A stretch of DNA of 64,000 bases from Zancudomyces culisetae HAW-14-8 (taxonomy: Eukaryota > Fungi > Kickxellomycota). Positions 21,837-34,957 of this stretch are shown piece after piece. Within the stretch, counting starts at the first letter, position 1, and every line of letters starts with the position of its first letter. The stretch lies in assembly GCA_052426225.1 (NCBI GenBank), contig JBNJNM010000015.1:1116001-1180000 (forward strand). Reading direction: 5' to 3'. The position numbers and the translations under genes are program-made. A model generated the notes under the pieces. The model saw only the letters and a list, made by a program, of their open reading frames with translations. It did not search any database and had not been told where the DNA came from.

Positions 21837-23546
21837 TTAGTTGCCATTACCTTCTCTCTTTGAAAGGTTATCAAAATCAACTAGCGATTCAGAGTTTCCG
21901 CCGTGTAAAGAAAAGTCATGACCAGGATAGCAAATATCCTTGAAGTTATACATTTTGTTTTGGGAACCGGAACCATCCTTGAACAGCGGAAGTAGATTTA
22001 ACGGGACAATACCAGCATCGTGTAGGGTGATTGGCATAATCTCAGTAGCTTTTGGGTTTGTATTACTCTCAGGTAGTGTCGCAGAGTTGACTGGTTGGAA
22101 TAGCGATGAGGAAAGGGGTGCCTCTATAGGTGCAGGCATAGGTTCATGAGGTTGGCGAGTGTCTGGCTGTTTACTAGATTTAGAAGTACATGAGTACTCT
22201 GAATTCAAAAGGTTGTTATGGTCTAATGTCTGTGTGAAGTTTTGGGTGCCAAGTTCCTTAAGAGTATTCAAATTATCTATTACATAAGAAAGACAATGTT
22301 GACAATAAACGGCATTGCTATTCAAAGTGAACTGGCCAGAAATGTCTTGAAAAAGCAACCCACACCCAATACACGTGTTATTATTGATGGTCATTCTACT
22401 ATGCATTCCTGTGCCTGAATGGTAGCTATTTTCAGCGATAGTACCCACAGACCAGTTTTCTATAGTACCATATGTCTTTTTAGCTATTGATGATTGTTCA
22501 GAACCCTGGACCATGGCAGACATCCCAGGAGAATAGTTTAGTGGATCCATAGGTATGGCTGCACCAAGGCCTTGGTCCATGCACAACTCAAATGGGGTAT
22601 TTTCCAGGGGTATCTTATCAAAGGGAATGCTTTCGGGTTTACTAGTAAACGAAGCGTGTAAATTTGAATTTCCAGCGGATGCATGGTTGGGATCGTTGGT
22701 AGGAGTCATTAAATTATCTGACCCCACATTCATAGCAGCGAGAGAGTCGTTATAAACGGCCCCAGAAAACGCCGATTTATTTTCGTTTAAGCCATTGCTA
22801 GGCCCCGTGTAGAAAGCGTAACTAAAGTTTGTGAGTCTTGTGTCGCCACTCAATGATGAGTTTTCAGAGTACTGGAGATCAGCTGGAACACGTTTTTTGC
22901 GACCTCTTGAGAGTTTTGCAAACATTAATGTTGAATTCGTAGATCCAAGTCTAGTATCTGGCTCATTACGAGGAACTGATCCCCTTGTCATGGTGTTTAG
23001 TGGTCGATGTCTCTTATATTGCCTATAATACAATCCACAGGCGTTGCACAGCACATTCTTTTTATCTGGCGTGCGACGCCACAGCGGAGTATTTCTTGCA
23101 CCACAATTATGACATTCAGGGCTTTCTCTGGAGCTTCTCTTTGTAGTGCTAGATTTACTTTTGGGTTCGCTTGGGCCATATGTTTTCTTTTTTTTTTTAA
23201 AAACATTTTTTGGTTGATCATCACTACTGTTTCTACTCGAATTTCCAAGTGATTCTTGAAAATTCGAAGAGGGTGTTTCTTTATCAGTGTCAGCGGGCAA
23301 GACTTTTGTTTCCATACTTACAAAGTCAAGGTCCCCAGTACTGATTGGAAGTGAAACTGCAGGATCTACAAATCCATAGCAGTTACCAAGATTTCCTATA
23401 TCAGAAATGGAAAAGGTGTTTTCATTTTTAATGCCTCTATCATCTATTGATATAGGTTTGATGAACGAATCTCCGTAGCTGACAATGTAGTTCTCTTCAC
23501 CAGTTTGCTTTAGTTTGCTGTTTATATAATTTTGGTATTCTGACAT
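21837..23546 (-). CDS. GATA-type zinc finger transcription factor (569 aa)
   Basis: CHNCGARNTPLWRRTPDKKNVLCNACGLYYRQYKRHRP (C-x2-C-x18-C-x2-C). First in-frame ATG is at 23546. Confidence 0.9.
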   Translation of the reverse strand: MSEYQNYINSKLKQTGEENYIVSYGDSFIKPISIDDRGIKNENTFSISDIGNLGNCYGFVDPAVSLPISTGDLDFVSMETKVLPADTDKETPSSNFQESLGNSSRNSSDDQPKNVFKKKKKTYGPSEPKSKSSTTKRSSRESPECHNCGARNTPLWRRTPDKKNVLCNACGLYYRQYKRHRPLNTMTRGSVPRNEPDTRLGSTNSTLMFAKLSRGRKKRVPADLQYSENSSLSGDTRLTNFSYAFYTGPSNGLNENKSAFSGAVYNDSLAAMNVGSDNLMTPTNDPNHASAGNSNLHASFTSKPESIPFDKIPLENTPFELCMDQGLGAAIPMDPLNYSPGMSAMVQGSEQSSIAKKTYGTIENWSVGTIAENSYHSGTGMHSRMTINNNTCIGCGLLFQDISGQFTLNSNAVYCQHCLSYVIDNLNTLKELGTQNFTQTLDHNNLLNSEYSCTSKSSKQPDTRQPHEPMPAPIEAPLSSSLFQPVNSATLPESNTNPKATEIMPITLHDAGIVPLNLLPLFKDGSGSQNKMYNFKDICYPGHDFSLHGGNSESLVDFDNLSKREGNGN

Positions 23547-26500
23547 TTTTTTGCTTTGTAATAACAAGTTTAAATATGCTCTTTGTTTCTATCTCTCTTT
23601 CTCTCTCTGGTGGTGGCAATAGTGTCGATATTGTTTCTGTTTTTGTTTCTATTGCTACTGCAGTTATTACTACTATTGTTATTATCGTTGGTATTGCTGT
23701 TTCTGTTGCTGTAGGTGTGCTTTTATTGGTATTATAAAATCGTACTAATACCAAGTCCACGTTTAGTGCAAGTGTACTGACGTCAAATGCTGATGTTGCT
23801 AGTACGTTATTATCAAGACTTTGTTCGTACCACAGTGCCAAAGAAAGTGAGTCTGAAGGCTCCGAGTGCTAGGTTTTATGTTTAAAGAACTTCAAAAAGT
23901 AATTGTAGGCCTCTATTGCTAGTTGCACTACCTGCTATTTTGATATAATACTTTGAATGTGGTTGTGTTTATAGAGCGGTATCATAAATTGTTATATCCG
24001 TTTATTAGTACTACAAATGTTAAAACTCTAATGTTCTTGAAAGGTATCAAACTAATTATACACTGTTTATTTGCTAAAATTAAGTTTTACATCAACAGAA
24101 GCGATGATAAAAATCGCACTCTTTTATCAGTTTTTTACAGATATGATTTTCCCCCTCGATTATATATACAGAATCAATTAGGTGCTGGTCGTTCTGCATG
24201 TAAAATACCAAACACAACCAAAAAATAAAATAGAAAAAAAATAGAAAAAAAAACATTAAAAAAAACATAAAAAAACAGGAAAAAAATAAAAATAAAGGTA
24301 AAGGTAAAGGTAAAGGTAAAGGTAAAGCATTCAGAAAAAATCGAGAAATAAAATTTTTTATTCATAAATGTATTGAAATGTCAGGCCAAATTCCAAAACC
24401 ACCCAGGACAAAACACAAGGGGAGTAAGGGGGTGAGAACATGTTGTAGAGCTCAAGTTACTGAGAAATCCACAGACAGAAAGGGAAAGTTGTCCGAAACA
24501 CAACTCTGCTGATAATAGTCATGAGAGTATTGGCGGATTACTTTTCTCTTCTTCGTGTGCAATCTCATAACGTAAAGAAGGGGGGTTTTATTACCAATTT
24601 GTTCAGTAACACTTTACAAAACCAAATTTTAAATTGAGTTTAATGTGGCATTTAAGCCAGAAGAAAACCTGATAATTTTTAAATCAATAGGTGGAATGTT
24701 ACTTGACAAATCGAATTTTGCTTTTGAAGTACTTTGAGTTGTTATTTTTCTGAAAGGTGATTAACTACATACCAATAGCTTAGCGGGATTATAACAAAAA
24801 CTGAAGTGTTTATGGATAATTGCTGTTATTAAGTCATTTTATTGTTGGCTGGTAAGGAAGCGAAGAAAAAATCGCCGCAATTGCGATTTCCTTTAGCATT
24901 TTACTCTGGCATGAGGCAAAATACAAACAGTCATTATTACGTAATTATATAGCTTTGAAATAATCTCTCATTTGTTGCTTCGTAAGAGGAAATCAGCTTT
25001 TTTTCTGTAGAAACTAAGAAAAAATTTTTATGCTTTGTCCCCGTCATTTTTTGGCAGGAATATTTGTACAAACTCTACCCATGAGCCCAGCCCATTTCAA
25101 GTGCACTTTGCTATTGCTGGTCCCATATACTTACTGTTTTCCATTAACTAGTATCTTTGTTTGTGTTATTATTGAGTAGTGAGGATCATTAATTAATAGC
25201 ACGGATTACCAAACCCGTTGGTAATTGGGGATGTTTAAATAATATTGTGCAGGCACACAAAAGCTCAGCACCGTGGAAACAACAGTCCTTCCAAAGATTA
25301 TGTAAAAAGAAACAGTTTATGTTTGTAGTTTTGAGGTGAAGGTAAATAATCTTTGCGCTCTGATGGCTTACATGTTTGTGGTGAATCAGAGCAGAGAAAC
25401 ATAATACCTGTGGTTTGTTTTTTGTATTCTGATTATATTTTTTTAAAAAAAAAAGCTTTCTTGTGGTAACTCCTGTTACCAACATTGCTTTTCACACAAA
25501 TCACAACAAATGTGGATTATCGCGCACTAAAAATTGGAGATACACAACAAAAACCAACAAGAGAAGTGGGGCTGGGCTTGTATATTTTGTATTGGCAAGG
25601 AATCGATACGGAATCACTAACAGCTGAGAGTGGAAGGATTACCCAGTTTTTGGAGAAGTACTTGGTCTCTTATTAGTATTGTGTTAATTGGTGTTTTGAA
25701 GTTTAGACAAATCAAGTAGTAATCCAAAAAATAAAACGTAGACTTTGCTTGCTCAAGTAGGTAGCTCATAATCTCAGAAAACACGAATAAAGAAAATAGC
25801 TTTGTTATTGATTATATTGGTTTGCGATAAAAAAACCGTTTTGACTGGAAGCCCTCGGAAGGTTCACCAAGCTCATTTCGGAAATTCGGGGTAAACTATT
25901 GCCACGCAAAACAGAAAACTAAAACAGCTCAGCCTTATCAAGTTCACTACCTCTTGAAAGTGGGTTGACTATTTGTAGGAGTAAAAGCCGCTGAGAATGG
26001 ATATCTTATTGGGTTAAGTGTAGAATTGCGCGTATTTCAAATGTTGTGCATAATTCTTTTTACACTATTTACAACATTTATAACATTTCTACCCCTTTAT
26101 TTTAAAAGAACACACCAAAACTAGTGTATTATTGTTTCGTTCCAAAGTTTTGATTGTCAATTTGAAACTTTTAGTAAGTAAGCCAGGCTATCACATAATT
26201 CGCATCAATTATGTCAAAATCAACATTGATTATGTCAAAGTCAGCAATTATTTCTTAATTGCAATCTTTCCTGTATACTGAAAACAGAACTTTTAGAAAC
26301 CCAGTTTTATCATCCTAAAATGGATTTCCCCCTCCCCAAAAATTTTGAAAACTTTATTCACATGCCATTTAGTTTGAAGATAGGAAAAAACTGAATTAAA
26401 AGCAGAGAGGAGCAGAGGAGCAGAGAGGAGAGGAAAAAGAAAAAGCACAGAACAAGCCAAAGCAGCACAGATCACAGGCAAAGGCCCACTTCTGAGTCAC

Positions 26501-29500
26501 CACTTTCCGGCTCAGCCTCTACTTTTATACATTTAACTTTTCCTTTCACTTTAGTCTTTAGTGTTTAAAATAAAAGCATCGTCCGAATTTAGTGTATTTG
26601 ACTCTTGGTGCCACTGTGTTGAAAAATCAACCAACGGCCATGTATCCAGCTAGTTAGTGTGCTACCAAGAACCAGTTGATATTGCATCACGCTCAACCCA
26701 TAGGTATAGCACGCACAGTTCTTCCTTTTGCCAATAATGGTATCTGAGTTTGTTTTTTTTTTAGGAAAAATGTTTTTTATTTTGATCAATTACACCTTGC
26801 CAGCGTTGAAATAAACAAAATAAACAAAAAACAAAATCCGAAGAGTGCAAGATTTTGGCGCCAACTTCTAGAAAAAACGAGTTGACTCTAGCAACAAACT
26901 GTGTGATGTTTTTTTCCAGAAGCTAATCTCCGACATGCGTTTTGATATTTGTGATGTTATATTTAAAGCGCATATCGTAACCATATACTAACATTACTAT
27001 ATTTCCTTTACCAACAATGGTTCTGAGCTTATTCCTAAGATATTTTTAACTACAAGAATACAGTACTGTAACGTATATGTATCAAAAAAAACGCATTGTT
27101 ATCTTTGCACTGCCTGCTGTGTTATCAATGTAGTTGCGCCTTGGTGAAACCAATATGTTGCACCAAGGATTTCAATTGTTGAAAAAAAGAAATTAGACCT
27201 GTTTAGGAGAAAAGGGGTAAACAAAAGCGCGTGATTGACTGCTTTGGACATTTTTCATATGTCTCCCCTTTCTGGCTCATTATTCCCGATCTCTTTTCTG
27301 CTCATTTGTTTAATTAATGTTTATTTTGTTAAGAATTCCAAAAGTTGTAGGAGGTACTACAAATAGGTTCATTCCTTTATGGATATCACATTCATGAATT
27401 GCCAAAATCACCAATTTTTGCAGGGTTTTTTGTTTCGTTTTTTGTATATAATTAGCTCTTTTTTTAAATAGCTATTCCGTAAATTTGTGTTTGGTGATAG
27501 GTAATAGACCTTGCGCTTTATCTCTGTAGTTAGTCCCATAACAAAATTCACATCCAATACCGCTTTTCTAGAATAATGTAAACTGTGATAACAAATTTGT
27601 AATTAATTTTGCCAAATCCGTATTTTATCCCGAATGTGCTGCTTTACAAAAATAATTTTCACAATGTAAATGGGCCAAATTACCCTTTGGACAAAGTGCC
27701 ACTAGCTTTTTTTTAATTTTATGTAATTTACCCAAAAATATCTTCACAAAGATTGACTATTATTTTGCAAAGGACCAAATCCCTAACCAAGCTTTCATGT
27801 TGTTTTACCACCACCAGTGACAAAAAAAAGCTCCTTTCTCCATGATGTGGCATGTTTGTGCGCATTTCTTGGTGATTGGGCAGCAACTCTCGCGCACTCA
27901 TTTTTTTAGCTAATAAAATCTTGATATACCCTTTCACAAGCACAAGCGAGATACATTTAAAAGCTGTGCTTGCCACTGAAGTTGTTACACACTATTTTTT
28001 CCTTCATTCAGAAAAATGTTAGAAATGTACTTCCTTGAACGAATGAATTAGGCTATACCACACTCTGTTCACCAAATACACATGTCCCTTAAAGCATGTA
28101 CACTGTTCAAAAGTAAACGAATTCAATTGTCAATTATGGCTGATAGGTGGTGGCTAGGGAGGTAGCATGCCCCATCTTAATTGCGAGCGGAGAGGAGGAG
28201 GGGGGGGGGGGGGAATGGGTTAGAAGGATTGTATATCTTATATTCAGAATAAACTCAACACACACAACTTGTCATGTACGCTTGTTGCCAAAACAAGTTG
28301 TACAATACCATGTTTTACGTATAGAAAAAAAGTTCAACCAAAGAGATAAGGATTGGCGACTATTTACGTTTGACTTTAGTATCTTCACATTAACCAAGTA
28401 TTGTATCTAAGAGTAGACTCAACGTATGACAGACGGTAGCTCTTAACACGGTGGTATTTTTTATTTACCTGGTTTACATTTATCGATAGTATACAACAAG
28501 CATTGATTAGTTACACCTGAAATGCGCCATTTATTTTAACAGAGTTTTTGGTTCAATCAATCCTGCCATTTGGTAGATACGACATATATGCTAGTTGTCT
28601 CTGAAAAAGGGTAATTGGTTTTTTCAAGCTCTAAGCTCAAACCAAGTTAGTTTGGTGGCACCAGACACAGCTTTCCCCTAGTTAACCAGGTAAATTATGA
28701 ATGATGATTTCTCTATCCTCCAAAGCCTTTCCACGTTGCTTCCTGGTCCATTCGATCCTTGCTTCAATTACGTCAGTTGAGTCAGTAATTCTAGTTTGGG
28801 CAATTGTGTCTTGTACAATTAATCGAATATTCTCTGCAAAAATGCGTTCAAATCAATAGAAACTTAAACCAATGATCTGGAATTACTCAGTGTTATTACT
28901 ATTTATTACAATTGTTACTACTATTAATATTACCATTAATATTTTCCGTTTTCCAAATTCCTGGAAAGATACCAGACCTTAATCAATATGATTTAACTGG
29001 ACTAAATTATAAACGTGTAAGGAGGCTGTGAAACGGTTGACAGTCTGCACCTCCTCAAAATAAGGTTATTAATATGTATAGCTTGTGAGACCCAATTTAA
29101 TGGTAATATAAACCCACCGGGTCTCTTCACATCGATCCAGCACTATCCATCCAACCATTTATTTTATTTGCTCATCAAGTTCATAGTTTATTAGTCTTTT
29201 TTTTTTACTCTACCCTACTTTTACTTATTTGTTCTCTTTTCTCTTGTTATTACTTTTGTAAACCGGAATGATGTGGTTCAACTGTTTTGCTTTGTGGGAT
29301 GTGGAAAAAAAATTACAATTTAGTGACTCCATTTGGAAAAACACAAAACGTCACATTATCTAATTGCATACACCACTCCAAAGTATACATTTCTGGTACC
29401 ATACCTTCTTGTTCAAAAAAGGGAACTATCAAATGTTATTGTATGTCCAATCGAGACCAGTAGTTAATATCCTTCATCCACAAAAACAAATATAAACATT

Positions 29501-29600
29501 AACAACTGTTTGTTCCGCTACCTCCTTTTTTTACTTTTGAAAAGGATATGGTCCGCATTATTGTTTATATTAGTATTAGCAGCAAACTTATAAAAAAGCA

Positions 29601-29716
29601 CCGGTTGTGCTAGAAAAGAGCCAATTGTGTTAGAAAAGAACCAATTGTGTTAGAAAAGAACCAATTGCGTTAGAAAAGAGCCAATTGCGTTAGAAAAGAA
29701 CCAATTGGTTTTAGAA
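29601..29716. repeat. 20-bp minisatellite CCAATTG(T/C)GTTAGAAAAGA(A/G) x ~5.5
   Basis: Directly visible. A degenerate unit recurs at about 29730-29746. Confidence 0.93.
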
Positions 29717-30335
29717 TAACTGACTAAAGCCGGTTGTGTGCTAGAATATCATTTTCCACTCTATTTGCTCCTCACACAATACAACCCACATCATTTGCAC
29801 AACTCTCCCAGGTTTGATTTGTTTTCCAGTCATTTACCGCGGTTTCTTTGTTTCCTATCACCTAGACTAGGCAGTTTGCTAGATTTTATAACTGTGGCCA
29901 CGCGCTCTTAAAATGGTTGGAAATTATCTTTTTCCGCATAAAAAATACGCTACCCGCCAATAACATGTAGGACCTACAAAATAAATCATTGTATCCAAGC
30001 TGAGCGGTGTTTCTATTAACTCCTTTGGGAACGGCAGCGTTTCCTTGATTGTAGCATACAACCTGCTAACTTTTTCAAAGTACCCAAGAGTTTAAAATAT
30101 ACATTATTAGATTTACAAGATATTTATAACACACAAAGAGTTGTAATAGCACAGAGGGTCAAACATAAACATATTTATCGCTTTTTTCCCAAAAAAAGAA
30201 GAGTAGAATCGCATAAAAACTGGATAGAAGGTTTGGTGTATACAGACAGCAAACTAATGGTACAGAACACGGCAGAGAAATATTTAACAGGTTTTTACAA
30301 TTTAATGATAAAAGAGTGAAAAAAGGAATAAAACC

Positions 30336-32340
30336 ATGGTAAACAGTGGGCTAAATGAAGAGGATTGTATCCCGCCAGTCGAAAATGCTTTGGGAGTAGC
30401 TCTTGATAGTGAGCTGGAAGAGCAGTTGGTGTTTGTTCTAGAGAGAGAAGTCGAAGAACAAACACATGTTGAAACAGGTGCAGGAATAAGACCGCAGAAA
30501 GAAAGAGGGTTGAAACGATGGTTAAAGAATAGTGCTCACCTTTTTGACTTGACCATTGGATTTTTAGGGATTCAGGTGGTCTGGACACTAGAAATGGGTT
30601 ATGGTTCTCTTTATCTAATGGAGCTTGGTCTGTCTAAATCAGTTGTTTCCTTGGTGTGGCTAGCAGGACCAATTTCTGGTAAGAGAAACTAGTCTTATTA
30701 TATAATTTTCGAATGATATCCATCATAAATCATAAAGCATAGTCCATAAATACAATATTTTATCGTATTATCCTCATGTTTAACTGCAATTTTTAGATAT
30801 GAGATATAAAAAAATAAGCTAACAGCATATATAAAAATATTTGAACAAAAAAGGTCTCTTAACACAACCAATCGTTGGAGCGATAAGCGACCACAGTAGA
30901 TCAAAATACGGAAGAAGACGTCCGTTCATAGCGTTTTCTACAATACTGGTAACACTTAGTCTACTTGCAATCGGATGGACACGAGAAATTGTAAAGCTAA
31001 TGGGCTCGAGAGAGGAAAAAACCATAATTCGCCTATCACAGTTACTTGCGGTACTAGCTTTTTATGTGCTGGATTTTTCTATTAATGCTACAATGGCGTG
31101 TTTACGGGCTTTGAACGTTGATCTACTTCATAATTCTAAGCAAAGCAAAGGTGCGGCATGGGCTTCAAGGATGATCAGCGTTGGTAATATTTTTGGATAT
31201 GCTCTTGGGTTTTACAATCTCGTTGAATTATTTCCACGTATAGGAGGAACACAGATAAAGGTGTATACAGTGTTAACCTTGCTCATATTTAATATCACAA
31301 TGTTTTACACGTGTATTGTGAATCAAGAACAACAATATAGCGATGGTACTGAAAGCTATAAGATTAAAGAGATATTCAAACGAACAGTAAAGTCAGTGCA
31401 TGAAATGCCTCAAAAAGTAAAAACAGTGTGTCATATTCAATTTTACTCATGGATTGGTTGGTTTCCTTTTCTGTTTTACTGCACAGCGTACATAGCTGGG
31501 ATATATTCCTCTACCTCGCCAAAAAATGAAACAGACCACGAGTTAGCAACCCGTGCTGGATCATTTATGATGCTGTTGTTTTCTATTGTTAGTCTTGTGG
31601 TATCTATTTTACTTCCAGCACTGGCCTCCTTGTGTCTAAAGTATAACACGCACAGTGGTATGTCTAGTACGACTCAGCCAGAAAATCTAAAAAATCGACT
31701 GATGAAAAAAATCATCCCGCTTGTTAGAGATTATATGCATCTAAACAAAATATGGCTATTCTCGAATGTTCTTTTTACACTAGTAATGTACTTAACGCTG
31801 TTAGTATCTACCAGCTATATCGCAGTCACTATGCTACTGATGACACTTGGGTTTTGTTGGGCAGTAACTATTTGGATTCCTTATGCGCTGATCGGCCACT
31901 GTTTAAGTCTTAATCAACACGATGGAAACAGGGAACAAACCAATTTTAAGAGCCCGAATCCGGACGAATACGTGCGTTTGGACACCGAACACGCTAGTGA
32001 GATACATAATAACATCGACCCAATGAACTACTCCAATCGTCTGTCTACTGAAAGTGAGTACAGTAGCATTATAAATGGCACTATTCATAGTAATAGCAGC
32101 AATGACGTTGGTAGTAGCAATTCTAGGAGCGGCAACCATCCTGCCTCTGGTGCAATTCTAGGGGCACACAACATATTTATTGTTTTACCGCAACTTATCA
32201 CAGCGGTCTTCAGCTCGCTTGTATTTTTGTTTTTCGAAAAAACTAATGATGGCTACGCAGACTACATGTCCATTGGCCACTTATTTAGAATCTGTGGCAC
32301 GTTTCCACTAATCGCCGCCTATTTATGCTACAAATATTAG
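30336..32340 (+). CDS. Sucrose/alpha-glucoside transporter (GPH family, SUT1/SLC45-like); exons 30336-30678 and 30854-32340
   Basis: GIQVVWTLEMGYG, VWLAGPISG|LLTQPIVGAISDHSRSKYGRRRPFI, WIGWFPFLFY and GAILGAHNIFIVLPQ are SUT/SLC45 motifs. Confidence 0.92.
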
Positions 32341-32629
32341 CTATACCACCACCACACTACCCTCCGCTCTCTTGTCGTATACATTGGTGTTGATTTTTCA
32401 GCATCTTGTGTTTATATATCGCTTAACATATATTTTAATGCGCTATTTATGTTTTTAGCTGCACAAATATTTTTATGTTTATTTGTATTTTTATTTTTAT
32501 TTTTATTTTATTTGCTATTGTTTACCTTTTATAATAAGTATATCAATATTCAAGGTCAAAATTTCTTTCACAATACCCTGTAATAAGAAAGAGTAGAACA
32601 TATATTATCAAAATGCAACAAAGGGAAAA

Positions 32630-33738
<1,109 letters not shown>

Positions 33739-34957
33739 TTAATTTCCAATTGATGATTATTGTATGCGTAGCTTAGATACTTTGCTTTGTTGAATCAAGA
33801 TTGTAGCTCGTTTTATTTAGCGCATTCAATACAGCAAGCTTTTATTTTGCTATTATTTTGCTATTATTTTTATTTTGACAATTTTTCGGACCTACAAGTA
33901 GAAATTTAGAAAACAGACAATAAATGTGGAGATTTTGAAGCTAGAAAAAAAAGCATTACGTATGACACTGGCTGATTTCATAATTTCTGCACATTCTCAG
34001 CAAAAATTGGCAGTATATTTGTTCAATTTTCTTGTAATGATAAAACCAAAAGTATCGATTTTAGAGCAAAAAAAAAGACCCAAACCCGACAGCGTTTGTA
34101 CATGTACAACGGGATCAAAAGTGAAGAAATATAACACCTGGTGTTTGATGAAGTAAAATGACAAAACTAAGATGCAACAAATTGTAAAATGATGGCCTGG
34201 TTTTAACAAGGGTTTTATTTGAGGGTGATCCTACGGCTCACGTATATTTGGGCAGTTCACGATGCCAAAAGATATGTCAGAGTACAGCTACTGTTGCCGC
34301 CAAACCTTGTAGCTTGGACGGCCACCCAAATTACACATTAATATCACAGTAGGCATATAAAAATTGTTGCAAATACTATTATTTGAAGGTATTATGAATG
34401 TTTTGACCTGAACCCCAGGGAGGAGGGGGGGGGAGGTTGGTATTTAATGACTTTTTATTTCAAGTAGTCTCGCACATAATAATAAGCACCTTAACAGATT
34501 GCAGAAATAAATAGAAAGGCGAGTAGGAGAATAAACATAACCATCTTTTCGCAAATTAACTTGATCAAAGGTAAACAAAAACAGCAAATAATTTTCAGTT
34601 GGGTACAAATTATCCGCGGACTATTTGCTAGAAGGTTTCAATGCAATTCTGGAAAGCCTGTCTTTAACTGTAAAAAAAAATAAAATCGTAAACAATACAA
34701 AAGAGTAAAAAAACGATGTCTGATGAGGTTTTGTAAACATTTGTATGGGTAGTTTTGTTTAAGAGGGCACAAGAAAAAAAGAGGATATTTAATATTAAAT
34801 ATTCAACGAAAGGTGCAGAATTACCCAGCATAAGGGAAGAAAACAAAAAAATAATATTACTAGTATTGTTATCATTATTATTAGCCGAAAAAAAGTGAAT
34901 TATATCTTTTGATTTCCCTGCCTCCTGTTAAAAATACCAAAAAGCCAGTGAGACACA

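Noticed and set aside
23497-23841. 114-aa ORF upstream of the GATA gene as an extra exon
   Set aside because: Non-ATG start, built from simple repeats, out of frame, and no clear splice path. Likely 5'UTR.
29601-29716. CRISPR-like array
   Set aside because: Units are head-to-tail with no unique spacers, there are no cas genes, and the context is eukaryotic.
34720-34740. CTGATGAG as a hammerhead ribozyme core
   Set aside because: No stem II followed by GAAA, and no stem I/III pairing.
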